A DNA stretch of 64,000 nt from Malacoraja senta (Eukaryota), in assembly GCA_038087875.1 (NCBI GenBank), contig JAXLNO010000350.1, positions 310,001 through 374,000 of the forward strand. The letters are read 5' to 3'. The notes under the pieces are model-generated. The model saw only the letters and a program-made list of their open reading frames with translations. It was not told the DNA's origin and made no database searches. This document shows, one piece after another, positions 31,014 through 43,000 of this stretch (its first letter is position 1; every line of letters begins with the position of its first letter). The translations under genes and the position numbers were made by a program.

Positions 31014-34000
31014 GTGTAGGGGCATGTTGGCTGGTGTGGGCAATTTGGGCTGAAGGGACTGTTTCCGTGACTCTGGGACTAGTGTAGATGGGGCATGTTG
31101 GCTGGTGTGGGCAATTTGGGCTGAAGGGCTTGTTTCCGTGACTCTGGGACTAGTGTAGGGGCATGTTGGCTGGTGTGGGCAATTTGGGCTGAAGGGCCTG
31201 TTTCCATGACTCTGGGACTAGTGTAGGGGCATGTTGGCCGGTGTGGGCAAGTTGGGCTGAAGGGCCTGTTTCCGTGACTCTGGGACTAGTGTAGATGGGG
31301 CATGTTGGCCGGTGTGGGCAAGTTGGGCTGAAGGAAGGGCCTGTTTCCGTGACTCTGGGACTAGTGTAGATGGGGCATGTTGGCCGGTGTGGGCAAGTTG
31401 GGCTGAAGGGCCTGTTTCCGTGACTCTGGGACTTGTGTAGGGGCATGTTGGCTGGTGTGGGCAATTTGGGCTGAAGGGCCTGTTTCCGTGACTCTGGGAC
31501 TAGTGTAGATGGGGCATGTTGGCTGGTGGGGGCAATTTGGGCTGAAGGGCTTGTTTCCGTGACTCTGGGACTAGTGTAGGGGCATGTTGGCTGGTGTGGG
31601 CAATTTGGGCTGAAGGGCCTGTTTCCATGACTCTGGGACTAGTGTAGGGGCATGTTGGCCGGTGTGGGCAAGTTGGGCTGAAGGGCCTGTTTCCGTGACT
31701 CTGGGACTAGTGTAGATGGGGCATGTTGGCCGGTGTGGGCAAGTTGGGCTGAAGGAAGGGCCTGTTTCCGTGACTCTGGGACTAGTGTAGATGGGGCATG
31801 TTGGCCGGTGTGGGCAAGTTGGGCTGAAGGGCCTGTTTCCGTGACTCTGGGACTTGTGTAGGGGCATGTTGGCTGGTGTGGGCAATTTGGGCTGAAGGGC
31901 CTGTTTCCGTGACTCTGGGACTAGTGTAGATGGGGCATGTTGGCTGGTGTGGGCAATTTGGGCTAAAGGGCCTGTTTCCGTGACTGGGACTAGTGTAGAT
32001 GGGGCATGTTGGCTGGTGTGGGCAAGCTGGGCTGAAGGAAGGGCCTGTTTCCGTGACTCTGGGAATAGTGTAGATGGGGCATGTTGGCTGGTGTGGGCAA
32101 TTTGGGCTGAAGGGCCTGTTTCCGTGACTCTGGAACTAGTGTAGATGGGGCATGTTGGATGGTGTGGGCAAGTTGGGCTGAAGGAAGGGCCTGTTTCCGT
32201 GACTAGTGTAGATGGGGCATGTTGGCCGGTGTAGGCAAGTTATGCTGAAGGAAGGTCCAGTTTCCGTGACTCTGGGACTATTGCAGATGGGGTATGTTGG
32301 TCGGTGTGGGCAAGTTGGGCTGAAGGAAGGGCCTGTTTCCGTGACTCTGGGACTAGTGTAGATAGGGCATGTTGGCCGGTGTGGGCAGGTTGGGCTGAAG
32401 GAAGGGCCGGTTTCCGTGACTCTGGGACTAGTGTAGATGGGGCATGTTGGCCAGTGTGGGCAAGTTGGGCTGAAGGGCCTGTTTCCGTGACTCTGGGACT
32501 AGTGTAGATGGGGCATGTTGGCCGGTGTGGGCAAGTTGGGCTGAAGGAAGGGCCTCTTTCCGTGACTCTGGGACTAGTGTAGATGGGGCATGTTGGCCGG
32601 TGTGGGCAAGTTGGGCTGAAGGAAGGGCCTGTTTCCGTGACTCTGTGACTAGTGTAGGGGCATGTTGGCTGGTGTGGGCAATTTGGGCTGAAGGGCCTGT
32701 TTCCGTGACTCTGGGACTAGTGTAGGGGCATGTTGGCTGGTGTGGGCAATTTGGGCTGAAGGGCCTGTTTCCGTGACACTGGGACTAGTGTAGGGGCATG
32801 TTGGCCGGTGTGGGCAATTTGGGCTGAAGGGCCTGTTTCCTTGACTCTGGGACTAGTGTAGATGGGGCATGTTGGCCGGTGTGGGCAAGTTGGGCTGAAG
32901 GGCCTGTTTCCGTGACTCTGGAACTAGTGTAGATGGGGCATGTTGGCCGGTGTGGGCAAGTTGGGCTGAAGGAAGGGCCTGTTTTCGTGACTCTGGGACT
33001 AGTGTAGATGGGGCATGTTGGCCGGTGTGGGCAAGTTGGGCTGAAGGGCCTGTTTCCGTGACTCTGGGACTAGTGTAGGGGCATGTTGGCTGGTGTGGGC
33101 AATTTGGGCTGAAGGGCCTGTTTCCGTGACACTGGGACTAAAGTAGGGGCATGTTGGCCGGTGTGGGCAATTTGGGCTGAAGGGCCTGTTTCTGTGACTC
33201 TGGGACTAGTGTAGATGTGGCATGTTGGCCGGTGTGGGCAAGTTGGGCTGAAGGGCCTGTTTCGGTGACTCTGGGACTAGTGTAGGGGCATGTTGGCCGG
33301 TGTGGGCAAGTTGGGCTGAAGGGCCTGTTTCCGTGACTGGGACTAGTGTAGATGGGGCATGATGGCTGGTGTGGGCAAGTTGGGCTGAAGGAAGGGCCTG
33401 TTTCCGTGAGTCTGGGACTAGTGTAGATGGGGCATGTTGGCCGGTGTGGGCAAGTTGGGCTGAAGGAAGGGCCGGTTTCCGTGACTCTGGGACTAGTGTA
33501 GATGGGGCATGTTGGCCAGTGTGGGCAAGTTGGGCTGAAGGGCCTGTTTCCGTGACTCTGGGACTAGTGTAGATGGGGCATGTTGGCCGGTGTGGGCAAG
33601 TTGGGCTGAAGGAAGGGCCTGTTTCCGTGAGTCTGGGACTAGTGTAGATGGGGCATGTTGGCCGGTGTGGGCAAGTTGGGCTGAAGGAAGGGACGGTTTC
33701 CGTGACTCTGGGACTAGTGTAGATGGGGCATGTTGGCCGGTGTGGGCAAGTTGGGCTGAAGGGCCTGTTTCCGTGACTCTGGGACTAGTGTAGATGGGGC
33801 ATGTTGGCCGGTGTGGGCAAGTTGGGCTGAAGGGCCTGTTTACATGACTCTGGGACTAGTGTAGATGGGGCATGTTGGCCGGTGTGGGCAAGTTGGGCTG
33901 AAGGAAGGGCCTGTTTCCGTGACTCTGGGACTAGTGTAGATGGGGCATGTTGGCCGGTGTGGGCAAGTTGGGCTGAAGGGCCTGTTTCCGTGACTCTGGG

Positions 34001-37000
34001 ACTAGTGTAGGGGCATGTTGGCTGGTGTGGGCAATTTGGGCTGAAGGGCCTGTTTCCGTGACTCTGGGACTAGTGTAGATGGGGCATGTTGGCCGGTGTT
34101 GGCAAGTTGGGCGGAAGGGCCTGTTTCCGTGACTCTGGGACTAGTGTAGATGGGGCATGTTGGCCGGTGTGGGCAAGTTGGGCTGAAGGAAGGGCCTGTT
34201 TCCGTGACTCTGGGACTAGTGTAGATGGGGCATGTTGGCCGGTGTGGGCAAGTTGGGCTGAAGGGCCTGTTTCCGTGACTCTGGGACTAGTGTAGGGGCA
34301 TGTTGGCTGTGTGGGCAATTTGGGGTGAAGGGCCTGTTTCCGTGACTCTGGGACTAGTGTAGATGGGGCATGTTGGCCAGTGTGGGCAAGTTGGGCTGAA
34401 GGAAGGGCCTGTTTCCGTGACTCTGGGACTAGTGTAGATGGGGCATGTTGGCCGGTGTGGGCAAGTTGGGCTGAAGGGCCTGTTTCCGTGACTCTGGGAC
34501 TAGTGTAGGGGCATGTTGGCCGGTGTGGGCAAGTTGGGCTGAAGGGCCTGTATCCGTGACTGGGACTAGTGTAGATGGGGCATGATGGCTGGTGTGGGCA
34601 AGTTGGGCTGAAGGGCCTGTTTCCGTGACTCTGGGACTAGTGTAGGGGCATGTTGGCTGGTGTGGGCAATTTGGGCTGAAGGGCCTGTTTCCGTGACACT
34701 GGGACTAAAGTAGGGGCATGTTGGCCGGTGTGGGCAATTTGGGCTGAAGGGCCTGTTTCTGTGACTCTGGGACTAGTGTAGATGTGGCATGTTGGCCGGT
34801 GTGGGCAAGTTGGGCTGAAGGGCCTGTTTCGGTGACTCTGGGACTAGTGTAGGGGCATGTTGGCCGGTGTGGGCAAGTTGGGCTGAAGGGCCTGTTTCCG
34901 TGACTGGGACTAGTGTAGATGGGGCATGATGGCTGGTGTGGGCAAGTTGGGCTGAAGGAAGGGCCTGTTTCCGTGAGTCTGGGACTAGTGTAGATGGGGC
35001 ATGTTGGCCGGTGTGGGCAAGTTGGGCTGAAGGAAGGGCCGGTTTCCGTGACTCTGGGACTAGTGTAGATGGGGCATGTTGGCCAGTGTGGGCAAGTTGG
35101 GCTGAAGGGCCTGTTTCCGTGACTCTGGGACTAGTGTAGATGGGGCATGTTGGCCGGTGTGGGCAAGTTGGGCTGAAGGAAGGGCCTCTTTCCGTGACTC
35201 TGGGACTAGTGTAGATGGGGCATGTTGGCCGGTGTGGGCAAGTTGGGCTGAAGTAAGGGCCTGTTTCCGTGACTCTGTGACTAGTGTAGGGGCATGTTGG
35301 CTGGTGTGGGCAATTTGGGCTGAAGGGTCTGTTTCCGTGACTCTGGGACTAGTGTAGATGGGGCATGTTGGCCGGTGTGGGCAAGTTGGGCTGAAGGGCC
35401 TGTTTCCGTGACTCTGGAACTAGTGTAGATGGGGCATGTTGGCCGGTGTCGGCAAGTTGGGCTGAAGGAAGGGCCTGTTTCCGTGACTCTGGGACTAGTG
35501 TAGATGGGGCATGTTGGCCGGTGTCGGCAAGTTGGGCTGAAGGGCCTGTTTCCGTGACTCTGGGACTAGTGTAGGGGCATGTTGGCTGGTGTGGGCAATT
35601 TGGGCTGAAGGGCCTGTTTCCGTGACACTGGGACTAGTGTAGGGGCATGTTGGCCGGTGTGGGCAATTTGGGCTGAAGGGCATGTTTCCGTGACTCTGGG
35701 ACTAGTGTAGATGGGGCATGTTGGCCGGTGTGGGCAAGTTGGGCTGAAGGGCCTGTTTCGGTGACTCTGGGACTAGTGTAGGGGCATGTTGGCCGGTGTG
35801 GGCAAGTTGGGCTGAAGGGCCTGTTTCCGTGACTGGGACTAGTGTAGATGGGGCATGATGGCTGGTGTGGGCAAGTTGGGCTGAAGGAAGGGCCTGTTTC
35901 CGTGAGTCTGGGACTAGTGTAGATGGGGCATGTTGGCCGGTGTGGGCAAGTTGGGCTGAAGGAAGGGACGGTTTCCGTGACTCTGGGACTAGTGTAGATG
36001 GGGCATGTTGGCCGGTGTGGGCAAGTTGGGCTGAAGGGCCTGTTTCCGTGACTCTGGGACTAGTGTAGATGGGGCATGTTGGCCGGTGTGGGCAAGTTGG
36101 GCTGAAGGGCCTGTTTACATGACTCTGGGACTAGTGTAGATGGGGCATGTTGGCCGGTGTGGGCAAGTTGGGCTGAAGGAAGGGCCTGTTTCCGTGACTC
36201 TGGGACTAGTGTAGATGGGGCATGTTGGCCGGTGTGGGCAAGTTGGGCTGAAGGGCCTGTTTCCGTGACTCTGGGACTAGTGTAGGGGCATGTTGGCTGG
36301 TGTGGGCAATTTGGGCTGAAGGGCCTGTTTCCGTGACTCTGGGACTAGTGTAGATGGGGCATGTTGGCCGGTGTTGGCAAGTTGGGCGGAAGGGCCTGTT
36401 TCCGTGACTCTGGGACTAGTGTAGATGGGGCATGTTGGCCGGTGTGGGCAAGTTGGGCTGAAGGAAGGGCCTGTTTCCGTGACTCTGGGACTAGTGTAGA
36501 TGGGGCATGTTGGCCGGTGTGGGCAAGTTGGGCTGAAGGGCCTGTTTCCGTGACTCTGGGACTAGTGTAGGGGCATGTTGGCTGTGTGGGCAATTTGGGG
36601 TGAAGGGCCTGTTTCCGTGACTCTGGGACTAGTGTAGATGGGGCATGTTGGCCAGTGTGGGCAAGTTGGGCTGAAGGAAGGGCCTGTTTCCGTGACTCTG
36701 GGACTAGTGTAGATGGGGCATGTTGGCCGGTGTGGGCAAGTTGGGCTGAAGGGCCTGTTTCCGTGACTCTGGGACTAGTGTAGGGGCATGTTGGCCGGTG
36801 TGGGCAAGTTGGGCTGAAGGGCCTGTATCCGTGACTGGGACTAGTGTAGATGGGGCATGATGGCTGGTGTGGGCAAGTTGGGCTGAAGGGCCTGTTTCCG
36901 TGACTCTGGGACTAGTGTAGATGGGGCATGTTGGCCGGTGTGGGCAAGTTGGGCTGAAGGGCCTGTTTCCGTGACTCTGGGACTAGTGTAGATGGGGCAT

Positions 37001-40000
37001 GTTGGCCGGTGTGGGCAAGTTGGGCTGAAGGAAGGGCCTGTTTCCGTGACTCTGGGACTAGTGTAGATGGGGCATGTTGGCCGGTGTGGGCAAGTTGGGC
37101 TGAAGGGCCTGTTTCCGTGACTCTGGGACTAGTGTAGGGGCATGTTGGCTGGTGTGGGCAATTTGGGCTGAAGGGCCTGTTTCCGTGACACTGGGACTAG
37201 TGTAGGGGCATGTTGGCCGGTGTGGGCAATTTGGGCTGAAGGGCCTGTTTCCGTGACTCTGGGACTAGCGTAGATGGGGCATGTTGGCCGGTGTGGGCAA
37301 GTTGGGCTGAAGGGCCTGTTTCCGTGACTCTGGGACTAGTGTAGGGGCATGTTGGCCGGTGTGGGCAAGTTGCGCTGAAGGGCCAGTTTCCGTGACTGGG
37401 ACTAGTGTAGATGGGGCATGATGGCTGGTGTGGGCAAGTTGGGCTGAAGGAAGGGCCTGTTTCCGTGAGTCTGGGACTAGTGTAGATGGGGCATGTTGGC
37501 CGGTGTGGGCAAGTTGGGCTGAAGGAAGGGCCGGTTTCCGTGACTCTGGGACTAGTGTAGATGGGGCATGTTGGCTGGTGTGGGCAAGTTGGGCTGAAGG
37601 GCCTGTTTCCGTGACTCTGGGACTAGTGTAGATGGGGCATGTTGGCCGGTGTGGGCAAGTTGGGCTGAAGGGCCTGTTTACATGACTCTGGGACTAGTGT
37701 AGATGGGGCATGTTGTCCGGCGTGGGCAAGTTGGGGTGAAGGAAGGGCCTGTTTCCGTGACTCTGGGACTAGTGTAGATGGGGCATGTTGGCCGGTGTGG
37801 GCAAGTTGGGCTGAAGGGCCTGTTTCCGTGACTCTGGGACTAGTGTAGGGGCATGTTGGCTGGTGTGGGCAATTTGGGCTGAAGGGCCTGTTTCCGTGAC
37901 ACTGGGACTAGTGTAGGGGCATGTTGGCCGGTGTGGGCAATTTGGGCTGAAGGGCCTGTTTCCGTGACTCTGGGACTAGTGTAGATGGGGCATGTTGGCC
38001 GGTGTGGGCAAGTTGGGCTGAAGGAAGGGCCTGTTTCCATGACTCTGGGACTAGTGTAGATGGGGCATGTTGGCCGGTGTGGGTAAGTTGGGCTGAAGGA
38101 AGGGCCTGTTTCTGTGACTCTGGGACTAGTGTAGATCGGGCATGTTGGTCGGTGTGGGCAAGTTGGGCTGAAGGGCCTGTTTCCGTGACTCTGGGACTAG
38201 TGTAGGGGCATGTTGGCTGGTGTGGGCAATTTGGGCTAAAGGGCCTGTTACCGTGACTCTGGGACTAGTGTAGATGGGGCATGTTGGCCGGTGTGGGCAA
38301 TTTGGGCTGAAGGGCCTGTTTCCGTGACTCTGGGACAAGTGTAGATGAGGCATGTTGGCCGGTGTGGGCAAGTTGGGCTGAAGGGCCTGTTTCCGTGACT
38401 GTGGGACTAGTGTAGGGGCATGTTGGCTGGTATGGGCAATTTGGGCTGAAGGGCTTGTTTCCGTGACTCTGGGACTAGTGTAGGGGCATGTTGGCTGGTG
38501 TGGGCAATTTGGGCTGAAGGGCCTGTTTCCGTGACTCTGGGATTAGTGTAGGGGCATGTTGGCCGGTGTGGGCAAGTTGGGCTGAAGGGCCTGTTTCCGT
38601 GACTCTGGGACTAGTGTAGATGGGGCATGTTGGCCGGTGTGGGCAAGTTGGGCTGAAGGAAGGGCCTGTTTCCGTGACTCTGGGACTAGTGTAGATGGGG
38701 CATGTTGGCCGGTGTGGGCAAGTTGGGCTGAAGGGCCTGTTTCCGTGACTCTGGGACTTGTGTAGGGGCATGTTGGCTGGTGTGGGCAATTTGGGCTGAA
38801 GGACCTGTTTCCGTGACTCTGGGACTAGTTTAGATGGGGCATGTTGGCTGGTGTGGGCAATTTGGGCTGAAGGGCCTGTTTCCGTGACTGGGACCAGTGT
38901 AGATGGGGCATGTTGGCTGGTGTGGGCATGCTGGGCTGAAGGAAGGGCCTGTTTCCGTGACTCTGGGACTAGTGTAGATGGGGCATGTTGGCTGGTGTGG
39001 GCAAGTTGGGCTGAAGGAAGGGCCTGTTTCCGTGACTCTGGGACTAGTGTAGATGGGGCATGTTGGTCGGTGTGGGCAAGTTGGGCTGATGGGCCTGTTT
39101 CCGTGAGACTGGGACTAGTGTAGGGGCATGTTGGCTGGTGTGGGCAATTTGGGCTGAAGGGCCTGTTTACGTGACTCTGGAACTAGTGTAGATGGGGCAT
39201 GTTGGATGGTGTGGGCAAGTTGGGCTGAAGGAAGGGCCTGTTTCCGTGACTAGTGTAGATGGGGCATGTTGGCCGGTGTGGGCAAGTTGGGCTGAAGGAA
39301 GGTCCGGTTTCCGTGACTCTGGGACTATTGTAGATGGGGCATGTTGGTCGGTGTGGGCAAGTTGGGCTGAAGGAAGGGCCTGTTTCCGTGACTCTGGGAC
39401 TAGTGTAGATAGGGCATGTTGGCCGGTGTGGGCAGGTTGGGCTGAAGGAAGGGCCGGTTTCCGTTACTCTGGGACTAGTGTAGATGGGGCATGTTGGCCA
39501 GTGTGGGCAAGTTGGGCTGAAGGGCCTGTTTCCGTGACTCTGGGACTAGTGTAGATGGGGCATGTTGGCCGGTGTGGGCAAGTTGGGCTGAAGGAAGGGC
39601 CTCTTTCCGTGACTCTGGGACTAGTGTAGATGGGGCATGTTGGCCGGTGTGGGCAAGTTGGGCTGAAGGAAGGGCCTGTTTCCGTGACTCTGTGACTAGT
39701 GTAGGGGCATGTTGGCTGGTGTGGGCAATTTGGGCTGACGGGCCTGTTTCCGTGACTCTGGGACTAGTGTAGGGGCATGTTGGCTGGTGTGGGCAATTTG
39801 GGCTGAAGGGCCTGTTTCCGTGACACTGGGACTAGTGTAGGGGCATGTTGGCCGGTGTGGGCAATTTGGGCTGAAGGGCCTGTTTCCGTGACTCTGGGAC
39901 TAGTGTAGATGGGGCATGTTGGCCGGTGTGGTCAAGTTGGGCTGAAGGGCCTGTTTCCGTGACTCTGGGACTAGTGTAGCTGGGGCATGTTGGCCGGTGT

Positions 40001-43000
40001 GGGCAAGTTGGGCTGAAGGGCCTGTTTCCGTGACTCTGGGACTAGTGTAGGGGCATGTTGGCTGTGTGGGCAATTTGGGCTGAAGGGCCTGTTTCCGTGA
40101 CTCTGGGACTAGTGTAGATGGGGCATGTTGGCCGGTGTGGGCAAGTTGGGCTGAAGGGCCTGTTTCCGTGACTCTGGGACTAGTGTAGGGGCATGTTGGC
40201 CGGTGTGGGCAAGTTGGGCTGAAGGGCCTGTTTCCGTGACTGGGACTAGTGTAGATGGGGCATGATGGCTGGTGTGGGCAAGTTGGGCTGAAGGAAGGGC
40301 CTGTTTCCGTGAGTCTGGGACTAGTGTAGATGAGGCATGTTGGCCGGTTGTGGGCAAGTTGGGCTGAAGGAAGGGCCGGTTTCCGTGACTCTGGGACTAG
40401 TGTAGATTGGGCATGTTGGCCGGTGTGGGCAAGTTGGGCTGAAGGGCCTGTTTCCGTGACTCTGGGACTAGTGTAGGGGCATGTTGGCTGGTGTGGGCAA
40501 TTTGGGCTGAAGGGCCTGTTTCCGTGACTCTGGGACTAGTGTAGGGGCATGTTGGCCGGTGTGGGCAATTTGGGCTGAAGGGCCTGTTTCCGTGACTCTG
40601 GGACTAGTGTAGATGAGGCATGTTGGCCGGTGTGGGCAGGTTGGGCTGAAGGGCCTGTTTCCGTGACTCTGGGACTAGTGTAGATGGGGCATGTTGGTCG
40701 GTGTGGGCAAGTTGGGCTGAAGGGCCTGTTTCCGTGACTCTGGGACTAGTGTAGGGGCATGCTGGCTGGTGTGGGCAATTTGGGCTGAAGGGCCTGTTTC
40801 CGTGACTCTGGGACTAGTGTAGGGGCATGTTGGCCGGTGTGGGCAATTTGGGCTGACGGGCCTGTTTCCGTGACTCTGGGACTAGTGTAGATGGGGCATG
40901 TTGGCCGGTGTGGGCAAGTTGGGCTGAAGGGCCTGTTTCCGTGACTGTGGGACTAGTGTAGGGGCATGTTGGCTGGTGTGGGCAATTTGGGCTGAAGGGC
41001 TTGTTTCCGTGACTCTGGTACTAGTGTAGGGGCATGTTGGCTGGTGTGGGCAATTTGGGCTGACGGGCCTGTTTCCGTGACTCTGGGACTAGTGTAGGGG
41101 CATGTTGGCCGGTGTCGGCAAGTTGGGCTGAAGGGCCTGTTTCCGTGACTTAGATGGGGCATGTTGGTCGGTGTGGGCAAGTTGGGCTGAAGGGCCTGTT
41201 TCCATGACTCTAGGACTAGTGTAGGGGCATGTTGGCTGGTGTGGGCAATTTGGGCTGAAGGGCCTGTTTCTGTGACTGTGGGACTAGTGTAGGGGCATGT
41301 TGGGTGGTGTGGGCAATTTGGGCTGAAGGGCCTGTTTCCGTGACTCTGGGACTAGTGTAGATGGGGCATGTTGGCCGGTGTGGGCAAGTTGGGCTGAAGG
41401 AAGCGCCTGTTTCCGTCACTCTGGGACTAGTGTAGATGGGGCATGTTGGCTGGTGTGGGCAAGTAGGGCTGAAGGGCCTGTTTCCGTGACTCTGGGACAA
41501 GTGTAGATGGGGCATGTTGGCCGGTGTGGGCAAGTTGGGCTGAAGGGCCTGTTTCCGTGAGTGTGGGACTAGTGTAGGGGCATGTTGGCTGGTGTGGGCA
41601 ATTTGGGCTGAAGGGCTTGTTTCCGTGACTCTGGGACTAGTGTAGGGGCATGTTGGCTGGTGTGCGCAATTTGGGCTGAAGGGCCTGTTTCCGTGACTAG
41701 TGTAGGGGCATGTTGGCCGGTGTGGGCAAGTTGGGCTGAAGGGCCTGTTTCCGTGACTCGGGGACTAGTGTAGATGGGGCATGTTGGCCGGTGTTGGCAA
41801 GTTGGGCTGAAGGAAGGGCCTGTTTCCGTGACTCTGGGACTAGTGTAGATGGGGCATGTTGGCCGGTGTGGGCAAGTTGGGCTGAAGGAAGGGCCTGTTT
41901 CCGTGACTCTGGGACTAGTGTAGATGGGGCATGTTGGCCGGTGTGGGCAAGTTGGGCTGAAGGGCCTGTTTCCGTGACTCTGGGACTTGTGTAGGGGCAT
42001 GTTGGCTGGTGTGGGCAATTTGGGCTGAAGGGCCTGTTTCCGTGACTCTGGGACTAGTTTAGATGGGGCATGTTGGCTGGTGTGGGCAATTTGGGCTGAA
42101 GGGCCTGTTTCCGTGACTGGGACCAGTGTAGATGGGGCATGTTGGCTGGGGTGGGCATGCTGGGCTGAAGGAAGGGCCTGTTTCCGTGACTCTGGGACTA
42201 GTGTTGATGGGGCATGTTGGCTGGTGTGGGCAAGTTGGGCTGAAGGAAGGGCCTGTTTCCGTGACTCTGGGACTAGTGTAGATGGGGCATGTTGGTCGGT
42301 GTGGGCAAGTTGGGCTGATGGGCCTGTTTCCGTGAGACTGGGACTAGTGTAGGGGCATGTTGGCTGGTGTGGGCAATTTGGGCTGAAGGGCCTGTTTACG
42401 TGACTCTGGAACTAGTGTAGATGGGGCATGTTGGATGGTGTGGGCAAGTTGGGCTGAAGGAAGGGCCTGTTTCCGTGACTAGTGTAGATGGGGCATGTTG
42501 GCCGGTGTGGGCAAGTTGGGCTGAAGGAAGGTCCGGTTTCCGTGACTCTGGGACTATTGTAGATGGGGCATGTTGGTCGGTGTGGGCAAGTTGGGCTGAA
42601 GGAAGGGCCTGTTTCCGTGACTCTGGGACTAGTGTAGATAGGGCATGTTGGCCGGTGTGGGCAGGTTGGGCTGAAGGAAGGGCCGGTTTCCGTTACTCTG
42701 GGACTAGTGTAGATGGGGCATGTTGGCCAGTGTGGGCAAGTTGGGCTGAAGGGCCTGTTTCCGTGACTCTGGGACTAGTGTAGATGGGGCATGTTGGCCG
42801 GTGTGGGCAAGTTGGGCTGAAGGAAGGGCCTCTTTCCGTGACTCTGGGACTAGTGTAGATGGGGCATGTTGGCCGGTGTGGGCAAGTTGGGCTGAAGGAA
42901 GGGCCTGTTTCCGTGACTCTGTGACTAGTGTAGGGGCATGTTGGCTGGTGTGGGCAATTTGGGCTGACGGGCCTGTTTCCGTGACTCTGGGACTAGTGTA

